Under the pieces are notes generated by a model. That model ran no database searches. It saw only the letters and a program-made list of their open reading frames with translations, and was not told the DNA's origin. Positions 27,024 to 36,588 of a stretch of DNA of 64,000 nt are shown in pieces. Position numbers and translations under genes: made by a program. The DNA comes from Spirochaetota bacterium. Lineage in GTDB: Bacteria; Spirochaetota; Brachyspiria; Brachyspirales; JACRPF01. How positions within the stretch are numbered: the first letter of the stretch is position 1; the number at the start of each line of letters is the position of its first letter. The DNA lies in assembly GCA_038043445.1 (NCBI GenBank), contig JBBTBY010000027.1:56153-120152 (forward strand), given 5' to 3'.

Positions 27024-29609
27024 ATGTTCGCGCATCTCTCTTTTCAATTCATCTTCTCCCTCGTGATGATACCCCTCCTCCTTGCCGTCAATTTCATCAT
27101 ACACCGCAAGCGCGAATCGTTCTTTCAGGGGTACGTGAATTTTCTCAAGAAAGCGTTCCTGCCGCTCGGCATCGTGCTCATAGCGCTCACCGCCTTCCTC
27201 GGCTTTTTCGCTTCACGCATGCAGGTGAAGACCGACTTCCTCGACCTTCTCCCGGAAGACACGAAGAGCGTCGCGATGATCAACAGGATACGCAACGACA
27301 TGGGCGGGCTCGGGTTTGTCGTGCTCGCGTTCGAGGGCTATGACCCGGAGAAGAACGCCGTCGATCTCGACACGAGCCGCCCCGGCGAGAATCGCTACAG
27401 CAGCAATATGATCGCGTTCGTGAACGCCCTTGCGAAAAAGATAAAGGAATATCCCGATGTGCGTTTCGTTCAGCACAAGCTCGACCTCTCGTTCTTCACG
27501 AAGAACCGCTATCTGTTCATGGACGTGGAAGACCTCGTCGAGGTGCGCCGGCGCATCGCGGACCATATCGAATTCCAGAAACGGAAGTCCAACCCGCTCT
27601 ATATCATGTTCGATGAGGAAAGCGAACCGGGGCGTCGTCTCGATGTGAGCGATATCCGCGCGAAATACGATGCACGCTACGGCGGAAGCTCCAACCGTAC
27701 GTTCCGGCCGTACTTTTACAGCGATGACAAGCGGATAACCGCCATGCTCATACGGCCGAAGACGCTCGCTTCCGATATCGACAATTCCCGGCTGCTCCTT
27801 GCGCGCATCACGAACGATGTCGATGTGTACCGGGAGCGCTACGGCCTCGGGAGCAATTTCACCGTCGGGCTCGGGGGGCTCTATTCCGGCACCATTGAGG
27901 ATTACGACCTCTTCTTCAACGACCTGAACCAGACGGGGCTTCTCGCGGGGATATTGATATTCATCGTGCTCATGCTTTTTTTCAGGAACATATCGTCCTC
28001 GGTCGCCGTTACGCTTCCGCTCGGTATGGGCATCATCTGGACCATCGGTCTCATTCAGCTCACCGTGGGTTATTTCAACGTGATATCGAGCTTTACCATG
28101 AGCATACTGGGCGGGCTCGGCATAGAGATAGCCATCCATATACTTTCGCGCTATCGCGAGGAGAAATCCCGCGGCTATGATGTGTTCGAAAGCCTGTACC
28201 GCGCGCTCGAATCGACGGGCGATGCGGTCATCGCCGCGGCGTTCACATCGACGGTGGCGTTCTATTCCATCGGACTTACCGGCTTCAGGGGATTGTCCGA
28301 ATTCGGCTACACTGTCGGCACCGGCATGGTCGTGAGCATACTCGCGATATTCACGCTCCTTCCCATCCTCATCATACTTGCCGAGAAGATACGCCCCATT
28401 AAAGTAAGGTCCGTTACCGACGAGGATGAACGCGAGTATGTGCGTACGCACGATCACTTCCCGTATGCGCGTATCGTCGTCGGCGTCATGGCGGTGCTCA
28501 TAATCGCGGCACTCGTGTTCTTCCGCTGGCCGGGCTTCGAATTCGATTTCAACAAGATGCGCGGGGACTCCAATAAGACCATGCGCGTTGAGGCGAAGCT
28601 CAATAAGCTCGCCGATACCACGGCAAGCCCCGCGGTATTCCTCGCGAACGGTTTCGCCGAGGCGGTCGCCATCGAGCGTGAGATAGAACGGCGCATGAAG
28701 CTCCCCGATACGGATACGAACGCGATACGCAATGTGCTTAAAGTGCAGTCGATAAAGCAGTTCGTCCCCGACCGTCAGCCGGAAAAGCTCGCGGTGCTCG
28801 CCGGTATGCGCGATGACATCAAGTATGCGAACGACGTGCTCTCCTCGGTGAAGGGGGCGGCGGCGAAAAGCATCGCCGAACACCGGCGCATGCTCAATGC
28901 GTCCGGCGTATCGCTTGCGACGCTCCCCGACGAGGTGATGCATAATTTCAGGAGCACGGTGAACACGAACATCTATTTCGTGCTCGTGTATGCAACATCG
29001 CATATCGGGGACGGCCGTGCGATAAAGGACTTTTCCCGCGAAATGAGGGGCATATCGCTTAACGGCAGACCGATGACCGAGGTGTCGGGGCTCAATATGG
29101 TATACGCCGATATGTTCTCCATCGTGGAGCGCGAGGGGTGGTGGGTGCTGGCACTGACGATACTCGCCATACTCATCGTGGTGTATATCAATCAGCGGAG
29201 CCTCAAGGATACGGTCGTTATTTTCGTCGCGCTTACTTCCGGGCTTGCGCTCTTTTTCGGGCTCGCCACGGTATTCGGCGTGAAGCTCAATTACATCAAC
29301 ATCCTCACCATACCGGTCGTCATCGGCATCGGCATTGACAGTTCCGTCCATATGATACGCCGCTATCGCGATGAACCGGCGCTGGGCGTCATGCATGCGA
29401 TAAAGACCACCGGTATGCCGGTGTTCGTGGGGGCGCTCACCAATGCGCTCGGCTTCGGCGTGCTCGCGCTCGCGAACTATCGTGCGCTGCGCGGCATCGC
29501 TTACCTTATTATCATAGGTATGATATCATACGTCATCATCGCACTGGTGCTCTTGCCCGCGATGATACAGATAGCGTACGCGGACCGTTCGCGCGCGAAG
29601 GGGGCATGA
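27024..29609 (+). CDS. MMPL/RND-superfamily exporter (HpnN-like)
   Basis: 861 aa with two 6-TM bundles. 'VKTDFLDLLPEDTKS' N-terminal periplasmic start typical of MMPL proteins. Confidence 0.75.
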   Translation: MFAHLSFQFIFSLVMIPLLLAVNFIIHRKRESFFQGYVNFLKKAFLPLGIVLIALTAFLGFFASRMQVKTDFLDLLPEDTKSVAMINRIRNDMGGLGFVVLAFEGYDPEKNAVDLDTSRPGENRYSSNMIAFVNALAKKIKEYPDVRFVQHKLDLSFFTKNRYLFMDVEDLVEVRRRIADHIEFQKRKSNPLYIMFDEESEPGRRLDVSDIRAKYDARYGGSSNRTFRPYFYSDDKRITAMLIRPKTLASDIDNSRLLLARITNDVDVYRERYGLGSNFTVGLGGLYSGTIEDYDLFFNDLNQTGLLAGILIFIVLMLFFRNISSSVAVTLPLGMGIIWTIGLIQLTVGYFNVISSFTMSILGGLGIEIAIHILSRYREEKSRGYDVFESLYRALESTGDAVIAAAFTSTVAFYSIGLTGFRGLSEFGYTVGTGMVVSILAIFTLLPILIILAEKIRPIKVRSVTDEDEREYVRTHDHFPYARIVVGVMAVLIIAALVFFRWPGFEFDFNKMRGDSNKTMRVEAKLNKLADTTASPAVFLANGFAEAVAIEREIERRMKLPDTDTNAIRNVLKVQSIKQFVPDRQPEKLAVLAGMRDDIKYANDVLSSVKGAAAKSIAEHRRMLNASGVSLATLPDEVMHNFRSTVNTNIYFVLVYATSHIGDGRAIKDFSREMRGISLNGRPMTEVSGLNMVYADMFSIVEREGWWVLALTILAILIVVYINQRSLKDTVVIFVALTSGLALFFGLATVFGVKLNYINILTIPVVIGIGIDSSVHMIRRYRDEPALGVMHAIKTTGMPVFVGALTNALGFGVLALANYRALRGIAYLIIIGMISYVIIALVLLPAMIQIAYADRSRAKGA

Positions 29610-29612
29610 CCG

Positions 29613-30398
29613 ATGGAAACGAAGGACGTACCCATGAACGATACGGCAGCGGAACGGTTCACCGTACGGATAAAGGAGTACGAAGGCCCGCTCGACTATC
29701 TCCTCGACCTCATACGCCGTTCGGAGAAGAACATCTATGAGATATCGCTCACGGAGATAATCGAACAGTTCCTCGCCTATGTCCGCACGCTCGCCATGCT
29801 CGACCTCGAGGTGACGAGCGATTTCCTCGTCATGGCGGCGGAGATGCATTACATCAAATCGAAGATGCTCCTGCCGTTCGACTACGGGAAGGATCTCAAG
29901 GACAAGGAAGACCCCAAGCAGAAGCTCGTGGCGCAGCTCCTTGAATATCAGAAATTCAAACTGTCCGCGGAGACACTCGATGAGCTCCAGAATGCGGAGG
30001 ATGCCATCATCGAGCGCAGGGACAGACAGAAGGTGCTCCCGCTCACGCCCGAGGGGACGGATGACCCCAAGGATGCGTGGCAGGAGGTGGGGCTCTATGA
30101 GCTCGTTACCGCGTTCGCGCGCATGTTCCTCTTCGTCGACAAGAACGACCTTGCCGCGATGGATGTGAGCGATTTCAATCTGCCCGACGCCATCGAGCTC
30201 ATTCGCATCAAGTCGCGCGAGACCGAACGTTTCCCCTTCGCCGAGCTTATCACCGAGCGCATGACGCGGCGGCATCTTATCGTATTCTTCCTCGCCATCC
30301 TTGAGCTCATCCGCGACCGGCAGATAGCCGTCAGGCAGGAACAGCAGTTCAAAGAGATATACATCTTTTCAGTACCGTCACCGGAGCAGACGTCATGA
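29613..30398 (+). CDS. scpA: Segregation and condensation protein A
   Basis: 'YEGPLDYLLDLIRRSEKNIYEISLTEIIEQFLAYV' matches the ScpA N-terminus. Confidence 0.8.
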   Translation: METKDVPMNDTAAERFTVRIKEYEGPLDYLLDLIRRSEKNIYEISLTEIIEQFLAYVRTLAMLDLEVTSDFLVMAAEMHYIKSKMLLPFDYGKDLKDKEDPKQKLVAQLLEYQKFKLSAETLDELQNAEDAIIERRDRQKVLPLTPEGTDDPKDAWQEVGLYELVTAFARMFLFVDKNDLAAMDVSDFNLPDAIELIRIKSRETERFPFAELITERMTRRHLIVFFLAILELIRDRQIAVRQEQQFKEIYIFSVPSPEQTS

Positions 30399-31069
30399 GC
30401 AAGAAAGAGAAGAACCCCGAATCGGATATCGCAGCGCAGACGGAGGATGTGCTCACCGCGCTCGATGTCATGCAGCCGGGAGCGGCCGAGGCAGCGGCGG
30501 AAGAGGGCGTCATCAGCGCGGAAGCGCTTGCCGACGCCGCCATGGCCGCGAAGGTCATCGAAGCGATCATCTTCATCGAAGGGAGCATGTCGCTGCACAA
30601 GCTTCACCGGATACTGCGCATCGAGAAGGAGCGCATCCGCTCCGTCATTGCGTCCATCAACGAGCGCAACGAGGCGTCCGGGAGCGGCATCGAGATAATA
30701 GAAGTGGGCGACAGCGTGAAGATGATACCGTCGCAGCGCATCTATCCGATATTGTCCAAGGTCTACGGCAGGAAGAAGAAAACGAAACTTTCGCGCACGA
30801 TACTGCAAACGCTCGCCATCATCGCCTATCGGCAGCCGATAACGAAGGCAGAGATAGACGATATACGTCAGGCGGACAGCGGCAAACAGATATCATTCCT
30901 CATGCAGGAAGGGTTCGTCGAGTACAAGGGGAGAAAGGACATCCTCCATAAGCCGCAGACGTTCGGCACCACCGAGGCGTTCCTCATCCATTTCGGTCTG
31001 CGTTCGCTCGAGGACCTGCCCAAGCTGAGAGAGCTCAAGGAATTGGACCTGAACCGCGCCGACGAATGA
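30395..31069 (+). CDS. scpB: Segregation and condensation protein B
   Basis: Winged-helix pair 'AIIFIEGSMSLHKLHRIL...' and 'TLAIIAYRQPITKAEIDDIRQ'. ATGA overlap with the scpA stop. Confidence 0.8.
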   Translation: MSKKEKNPESDIAAQTEDVLTALDVMQPGAAEAAAEEGVISAEALADAAMAAKVIEAIIFIEGSMSLHKLHRILRIEKERIRSVIASINERNEASGSGIEIIEVGDSVKMIPSQRIYPILSKVYGRKKKTKLSRTILQTLAIIAYRQPITKAEIDDIRQADSGKQISFLMQEGFVEYKGRKDILHKPQTFGTTEAFLIHFGLRSLEDLPKLRELKELDLNRADE

Positions 31070-31106
31070 TCCCTGCGGGGGAGTGTGTTCCCGTTGGGGG
31101 ACATGT

Positions 31107-31448
31107 TCAGCAGACGTCGGCTTCGGACCCGAACATCGGCACTATCTTGGTGAGCTGCACGAGCTCGAAGAGCGAACGTATATCGTCGTTCACACAGCAC
31201 ATGACAAGGCGTTTTTCATCGCGGTGCAGCTCCTTCGCGATAACGGTGATAAGGCCGATACCGCTGGAATCGATATAGCTCACCGCGGCGAAATTGAAGC
31301 AGAAGAGAAGCCGCTCGTCGTTCTTCGCAATGATGCGCTGCATCTTCTTTTTGAGCGCTTCGGTATGATAGAGGGATATCTCCCCCGACACGTGAATGAA
31401 AACGGCGATGTCGTTCTCGTAGGTGCTTATCTCTGGTATGCCAGGCAT
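31107..31448 (-). CDS. STAS-domain anti-sigma-factor antagonist (SpoIIAA-like)
   Basis: 113 aa; 'VSYIDSSGIGLI' with conserved phosphorylatable Ser. Confidence 0.7.
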   Translation of the reverse strand: MPGIPEISTYENDIAVFIHVSGEISLYHTEALKKKMQRIIAKNDERLLFCFNFAAVSYIDSSGIGLITVIAKELHRDEKRLVMCCVNDDIRSLFELVQLTKIVPMFGSEADVC

Positions 31449-31568
31449 TGGTTACCCCGAATTGCGGGATAGTATATCAAATTACGCCCTTTGGGCAAGT
31501 GCGCCACGGCAATCGCATTATTGTCCGAACTATGGTATAGTTCCCCCATCACGTTCGGGAGGCAGACC

Positions 31569-32432
31569 ATGTTGGTATTCGGCATCCTTTTCATTCTCGC
31601 CGGCGTCGGCGTCATCATCATTGGCGGCCGTATCGCGGCATCATCGGGGAAAGCGGCGCACCGCGTTGCCGCGCTCGGCGGCGGCGGCGGCGGCGCGTTC
31701 CTCGGGCTTATCTTCGTCATCGCATCGATGGCGTACGTTGTCGAGCCGGGCGAGGTGGGCGTCGAGGTGCTCTTCGGCAGCGTACAGCGTTATACGGAGA
31801 ACGGTCTTCATTTCAAGAACCCGCTCGCCGGCGTCATCGTGTTCGATGTGAAGACGCGGCGCGAGGAGCAGAAATCCGAGGGCGCGAGCCAGGACCTGCA
31901 GCTGGTCACGGTCGAAGCGATTGTCAATTATCGCCTCGAGGCATCGCGTATCCCGGACCTCTATTCGAAAGTGGGGAGCGATTATGCCCATAAGGTCCTT
32001 ATCCCCGCGATACAGGAAGGGGTGAAGGCGGCCACCGCACGGTACAAGGTGGAGGAGATAATCGTCAAACGCCACCAGCTGAAAGAGGAGATCATCGCTA
32101 CACTGAAGTCGAAGCTTTCGAACTATTATATGATACTCGAGGATGTTAACATACAGGACATCGATTTCTCGCCCGAGTTCAACAAGGTCGTCGAGGAGAA
32201 GCAGATCGAAGAACAGAAGATAAAGACCGCCGAGTACCGCCGCCAGCAGGCGGAGCAGGACAAGCAGCGCGTCATCCTCGAGGGACAGGCGGAAGCGGAG
32301 AAACAGCGGCTTCTCAAGATAAGCACGTCACGCGAGGTGGTCGATCTCAAGTGGATAGAGAAGTGGAACGGCGTGCTCCCGCAGACGATGATGGGCAATA
32401 ATGCCGTGCCTATGGTGCAGCTCGCGAAATAA
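31569..32432 (+). CDS. SPFH/band-7 (prohibitin-like) membrane protein
   Basis: N-terminal TM then 'VEPGEVGVEVLFGSVQ' SPFH start. Coiled-coil C-terminus 'QQAEQDKQRVILEGQAEAEKQRLL'. GGGAGG RBS before the internal Met. Confidence 0.75.
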   Translation: MLVFGILFILAGVGVIIIGGRIAASSGKAAHRVAALGGGGGGAFLGLIFVIASMAYVVEPGEVGVEVLFGSVQRYTENGLHFKNPLAGVIVFDVKTRREEQKSEGASQDLQLVTVEAIVNYRLEASRIPDLYSKVGSDYAHKVLIPAIQEGVKAATARYKVEEIIVKRHQLKEEIIATLKSKLSNYYMILEDVNIQDIDFSPEFNKVVEEKQIEEQKIKTAEYRRQQAEQDKQRVILEGQAEAEKQRLLKISTSREVVDLKWIEKWNGVLPQTMMGNNAVPMVQLAK

Positions 32433-32435
32433 CGG

Positions 32436-33380
32436 ATGGAACTGCGTGACAGGATATTCGTTGCCGGACACACCGGCATGGCGGGGAAGGCGCTCGTGCG
32501 CCGTCTTTCGGCGGAGGGGTATACATCGATAATTACGCGTACGCGCAGCGAGCTCGACCTTGTCGATACAGCATCCGTGCGTGCGTTCTTTGCCGCGGAG
32601 CGCATCGGCCATGTGTTCCTCGCGGCGGCCAAGGTGGGCGGCATTTTCGCTAATTCCACGAAGCCGGTGGAATTCCTCTACGACAATCTCATGATTCAGA
32701 ACAATGTGATACGCTCCGCGTTCGAGAACGGCGTGAAGAAGCTCTGCTTCCTGAGTTCATCGTGCGTGTACCCGCGCCAATGCGAACAGCCGATGAAAGA
32801 GGAATATCTTCTCACCGGACCGCTTGAGCCGACGAACGAGGGCTATGCGCTCGCAAAAATTGCCGGGATGAAATTCGTCGAATACTATCGGCGCGAATAC
32901 GGGAAGAGCGGCATATCGATAGTGCCCTGCAATCTCTACGGCACGGGCGATCATTTCGATCTCGCCTCCGCGCATGTGCTCTCATCGCTCGTGAAGAGGT
33001 TCGTCGATGCCCTCGATGAGAAGGCCGCCTCGGTCACCGTATGGGGAAGCGGCACGGCACGGCGCGAGTTCATGCATGTCGATGACGCGGCGCGCGCCTG
33101 TCTTTTTCTCATGCAGCACTATGACGGCGATGTGCCGGTCAACTGCGGCTGGGGAACGGATGTGAGCATCCGCGAGCTCGCCGAGACGGTACGTACCGCG
33201 GTCGGTTTTGCCGGCGCGATAGAATGGGACACATCGAAACCCGACGGCATGCCGCGCAAATGCGTGGATACTGCTCGCATGGACGCGCTCGGCTTCCGGC
33301 CTGAGATAACGCTTGCCGAGGGGATACGCCGCACCGTTGAGGAATATCGCGCGCTGAAAAAAGCCGGTGCGGTGCAATAA
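32436..33380 (+). CDS. fcl: GDP-L-fucose synthase (GDP-4-keto-6-deoxymannose 3,5-epimerase/4-reductase)
   Basis: Near-colinear match to E. coli Fcl: 'RIFVAGHTGMAGKAL', 'LAAAKVGGIFAN', 'SSCVYP', 'PTNEGYALAKIAG', 'KPDGMPRK'. Confidence 0.9.
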   Translation: MELRDRIFVAGHTGMAGKALVRRLSAEGYTSIITRTRSELDLVDTASVRAFFAAERIGHVFLAAAKVGGIFANSTKPVEFLYDNLMIQNNVIRSAFENGVKKLCFLSSSCVYPRQCEQPMKEEYLLTGPLEPTNEGYALAKIAGMKFVEYYRREYGKSGISIVPCNLYGTGDHFDLASAHVLSSLVKRFVDALDEKAASVTVWGSGTARREFMHVDDAARACLFLMQHYDGDVPVNCGWGTDVSIRELAETVRTAVGFAGAIEWDTSKPDGMPRKCVDTARMDALGFRPEITLAEGIRRTVEEYRALKKAGAVQ

Positions 33381-33393
33381 CGCATCCAGATCC

Positions 33394-33547
33394 TCATGTA
33401 AGAAAAATACGACCACAGAGATGCACAGAGAAGATGCAGGAGAACACAGAGAAATAGCGGGTATTGGTTTTCGCCCAACGGATGATCTCTATTTTCTCTT
33501 TCGTGTTCTCTCGGGCTTTTCTCGGTGAGCTGTGGTTTTCTTTGTCC
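33394..33547 (+). repeat. Long-hairpin intergenic repeat, copy E2
   Basis: 'TCATGTAAGAAAAATACGACCACAGAG...CACAGAGAAATAGCGGG...GAGCTGTGGTTTTCTTTGTCC'. It begins 14 nt after the fcl stop. Confidence 0.7.
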
Positions 33548-33575
33548 TTTTGTGATTAACGGGGGAGCGAAGCGC

Positions 33576-33604
33576 TATACAGGGACAGAAAACTGTGTTA
33601 TAAT
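33576..33604 (+). promoter_or_regulatory. Candidate extended -10 promoter (TGtTATAAT) for the HMGL-like gene
   Basis: TGT TATAAT at 33596-33604. The -35 is weak. Confidence 0.3.
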
Positions 33605-33638
33605 CCCGCGCCGAACGAAGGACGAAGGAGCCCTGCGC

Positions 33639-35078
33639 ATGGAACACAATCTCGATAAACCCCTGTTCCGGGACAAAAAGACGAATCGATTGAAGGCGTC
33701 CCCCGACTTGTATCATCTGGTCGATGAGCCGGAGGGACAATTCTATAGGAATATTTTCCCGTATTCAACGATACCGACCATCCCTTTCAACGACCGCATG
33801 GTGCCGATGCAGACCGCGCGCGAGGCATGGATAACCGATACGTCGTTCCGCGACGGCCAGCAGGCGCGTCCGCCGTATGCGGTGAACGATATCGTCGAGC
33901 TTTATAAGCTCCTCCATGATCTCGGCGGACCCAATGGCATGATACGCCAGACGGAATTCTTCCTCTACAGCAATCGCGACCGCGAAGCGATGGAAAAATG
34001 CATGGCGCTCGATTTTAAATTCCCCGAGATAACATCGTGGGTGCGCGCAACGAAGGGCGATTTCGAGCTCGCGAAAAAAGCGGGCATCAAGGAGACGGGC
34101 ATTCTCACCTCGGTGTCCGATTATCATATCTTCAAGAAGATGAAGACCGATAGAAGGAAAGTGCTCGATCAATACCTCGGCATCGTGAAGGATGCGCTCT
34201 CGGCGGGCATTCTCCCGCGCTGTCATTTCGAGGACATAACGCGCGCGGATTTCTACGGCTTCGTCGTCCCGTTCGCCACCGAGCTCATGACCCTTGCGCG
34301 AGATGCACATGTGCCCATCAAGATACGCGCCTGCGATACCCTCGGTCTCGGCATCACCTATCCCGGTTCATCGCTCCCGCGCTCCGTACAGGGGACGATA
34401 TACGGTCTCCGCGAATACGCGGGCGTGCCCGGCGAACAGCTCGAATGGCACGGGCACAATGATTTCTACAAGGCGCTCGTGAACGCTTCGACGGCGTGGC
34501 TGTACGGCTGCAGCGCGGTCAATACAACGATACTGGGCTTCGGCGAACGCACCGGGAATACGCCGCTTGAGGGCATGTGCGTGGAATATGCGCAGCTCTT
34601 CGGTACGGACAACGGCATGGACATATCGGTCATCACGAAGATACGCGATTACCTGGAAGAGCATACGAACACCATTATCCCCAGCAATATGCCGTTTGTG
34701 GGAAAGGATTTCAACACGACGCGTGCCGGCATCCATGCCGACGGGCTTTTGAAGGACGAGGAGATATACAATATCTTCGACACGACGAAGATACTCAATC
34801 GTCCGCCCGAAGTGATGATAACCGACAAGTCCGGCACCGCGGGTATCTGCGCGTGGATAAACGTGTATTTCAATCTCGACAAACCAAAAGAGATAAGGAA
34901 GGACGACCCCGGCGTGAAAGAGATGTACGACTGGACGCTCAAGGAGTACGAAGAGGGCCGTATCACCGCCATTTCGGACGATGAGCTCGTGGAGCTCGTA
35001 AAGAAGCATCTGCCGGCGGTCTATAATGAAAAGGTCGTTACCGACAAGCTCGTGAAGATAAAACCGAGGACGAAATAA
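33639..35078 (+). CDS. HMGL-like (DRE-TIM metallolyase) family protein, 2-isopropylmalate/homocitrate/citramalate-synthase-like, unusual 'DTSFRDGQQ' motif
   Basis: 479 aa from the ATG with GAAGGAG RBS. 'ITDTSFRDGQQ' and 'WHGHNDFYKALVNA' correspond to the metal-binding motifs of the LeuA family. The track's GTG start at 33525 would overlap repeat E2. Confidence 0.6.
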   Translation: MEHNLDKPLFRDKKTNRLKASPDLYHLVDEPEGQFYRNIFPYSTIPTIPFNDRMVPMQTAREAWITDTSFRDGQQARPPYAVNDIVELYKLLHDLGGPNGMIRQTEFFLYSNRDREAMEKCMALDFKFPEITSWVRATKGDFELAKKAGIKETGILTSVSDYHIFKKMKTDRRKVLDQYLGIVKDALSAGILPRCHFEDITRADFYGFVVPFATELMTLARDAHVPIKIRACDTLGLGITYPGSSLPRSVQGTIYGLREYAGVPGEQLEWHGHNDFYKALVNASTAWLYGCSAVNTTILGFGERTGNTPLEGMCVEYAQLFGTDNGMDISVITKIRDYLEEHTNTIIPSNMPFVGKDFNTTRAGIHADGLLKDEEIYNIFDTTKILNRPPEVMITDKSGTAGICAWINVYFNLDKPKEIRKDDPGVKEMYDWTLKEYEEGRITAISDDELVELVKKHLPAVYNEKVVTDKLVKIKPRTK

Positions 35079-35096
35079 CGATCGGTTGGAGGATAT

Positions 35097-35471
35097 ATGG
35101 ACAAGGTGGTTCACTTCGAGATCCCGTTCGACAACAAGGACCGCGCCTCGAAATTCTATGCTTCGATCTTCGGGTGGGAGCTCATGGATATTCCGGAGAT
35201 GTCATACGTCATGGTGCATGCCGCAGAAACGGGCCCGGATAATATGGTCGCGGAGAAAGGCGCCATCAACGGCGGGATGTTCCCCCGGGAGAAAGAGGCC
35301 AAGGCTCCTATCGTGGTCATCGGCGTTGCATCTATCGATGAAACGATAAAGAAAGTGGTCGCCGCGGGCGGAAAAGTGGTAACGCCCAAGCAGCCTATTC
35401 CCAATGGTTCGTATGCACGGGTGGCGGACTGTGAGGGGAATGTGATAGGTCTCGCGGACAGTTCTAAATAA
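35097..35471 (+). CDS. VOC/glyoxalase-family protein
   Basis: 124 aa; 'HFEIPFDN...FYASIFGWEL' beta-alpha-beta-beta-beta glyoxalase-like. Confidence 0.55.
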   Translation: MDKVVHFEIPFDNKDRASKFYASIFGWELMDIPEMSYVMVHAAETGPDNMVAEKGAINGGMFPREKEAKAPIVVIGVASIDETIKKVVAAGGKVVTPKQPIPNGSYARVADCEGNVIGLADSSK

Positions 35472-35596
35472 ATATTTGCGCTGTAGTGTAATTAAGAGAA
35501 GAAAGGATGTACCCGGATTCCCGGATCAATCGGATTTTGTTGACGATGTAATCCTGCTCGTCCTGTCGATGCAAATCGCCATCCCATAGCGGCTCT

Positions 35597-35629
35597 GCCG
35601 CCGGGCTGCGCCTTTTGGCGCACGCATGC
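35597..35629 (+). repeat. Third copy of the palindromic core of the TA-cassette inverted repeat
   Basis: 'tgccgccgggctgcgccttttggcgcacgcatg' compared with IR-L 'tgccgtcagctgcgccaaaggcgcacgtctg'. Shared GCTGCGCC-N3-4-GGCGCACG core. Confidence 0.55.
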
Positions 35630-35711
35630 CTCGCATCGACTAAGCACTTCCTGTGCAACAGTTCATCTTCGAGACTCTGCTCTTCCGATCATATTAATGC
35701 TTCCGGGTGCT

Positions 35712-35837
35712 AATGGAAGAAAGCAAGATAGGAAAACCACGAAACACACGAAAATCGCGAAATGGGAGGAGAGATCCGCTCTCCAATTCTCTTGCTTTTT
35801 TCGTGTCTTTCGCGATTTTCGTGGTTTGTTTTTCCCC
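35712..35837 (+). repeat. Long-hairpin intergenic repeat, copy E3 (divergent)
   Basis: 'AATGGAAGAAAGCAAGATAGGAAAACCACGAAACACACGAAAATCGCGAAATGGG...TTTCGCGATTTTCGTGGTTTGTTTTTCCCC'. Same architecture as E1/E2 with CACGAAA/TTTCGTG arms. Confidence 0.55.
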
Positions 35838-35960
35838 ACCTTCATGATCATGGTTATTTATCTCCCGCAAGGTTCAGCCCGTTCCCCACAACGGTCAAAG
35901 CATTCTCCGATATGGTATTGTTTGTATAGTTCATACCTTTCCTGTGATGGGGGAAAAGAA

Positions 35961-36584
35961 TTATTTTACAAATACTAAAACGACACACCACGCCGCCGAC
36001 AGGAGCGCCGCGAACGCAAGCCGCGGCTTCTCTCTCTTCATCACATATTTGCGGATGAGGATACAGATGATGCCGGAGAACGCCGCAGCGGCTGAGATGA
36101 TGGCGAGGAGCTCGAGTCCGAGCGTTGCGCCCGCGGCCATCCCGATAGCCGCATCGCCGAACCCCATTTTTTCTTTGAAGCCGAAATAGATGCCGAGATA
36201 GAGCACGGAGGCGAACGCGAGGCCGAACACGCTCACGGTGAACATCGGCGTGGTTGAGTGGCTGAGCAGATAGCGCATGAGGAACGCATACGGGAAAAGC
36301 GCGTAGAGTATCGGATGGACATGGAGCTTCGTTGCGTCGGTATAGATGACGATCAATAGGACAGTGACCATCGGAATGGAAAGAAGGAGCATCGGGGTGT
36401 TGAAAAGCGCTATCGATAAAAATACGCCGAATGCCGCCCCTGAGAGCATGAGAAAGGGGCGGGCATTCAGCGCGAACAACTTTCGAGCAGGATGATTGTA
36501 CTTCTCGCCGATAACGAACGCGAAATATCCGACGATGGGAGCTGCAATGAACGCGATACCGATCGGCAGAAGCGATACTGTCAT
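35961..36584 (-). CDS. A24-family prepilin peptidase-like membrane protein (peptidase domain only)
   Basis: 207 aa polytopic. 'MGFGDAAIGMAAG' resembles the catalytic Asp-containing G-G-D motif of PilD/CpaA. No N-methyltransferase domain. Confidence 0.5.
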   Translation of the reverse strand: MTVSLLPIGIAFIAAPIVGYFAFVIGEKYNHPARKLFALNARPFLMLSGAAFGVFLSIALFNTPMLLLSIPMVTVLLIVIYTDATKLHVHPILYALFPYAFLMRYLLSHSTTPMFTVSVFGLAFASVLYLGIYFGFKEKMGFGDAAIGMAAGATLGLELLAIISAAAAFSGIICILIRKYVMKREKPRLAFAALLSAAWCVVLVFVK

Positions 36585-36588
36585 GCCG

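Noticed and set aside
27213-29396. 727-aa ORF antisense to the MMPL transporter gene
   Set aside because: Arg/His/Asp/Glu-rich low-complexity translation typical of the reverse frame of a high-GC gene. The sense strand has a convincing RND/MMPL architecture.
31678-31693. GGC x5 tandem repeat
   Set aside because: It lies inside the SPFH gene and simply encodes a Gly run (GGGGG). It is not a regulatory microsatellite.
33525-33638. Upstream GTG start for the HMGL-like gene (as in the ORF track)
   Set aside because: It would place the N-terminus inside repeat E2 and encode a Cys/Phe-rich non-conserved extension. The ATG at 33639 has a GAAGGAG RBS and a candidate promoter upstream.
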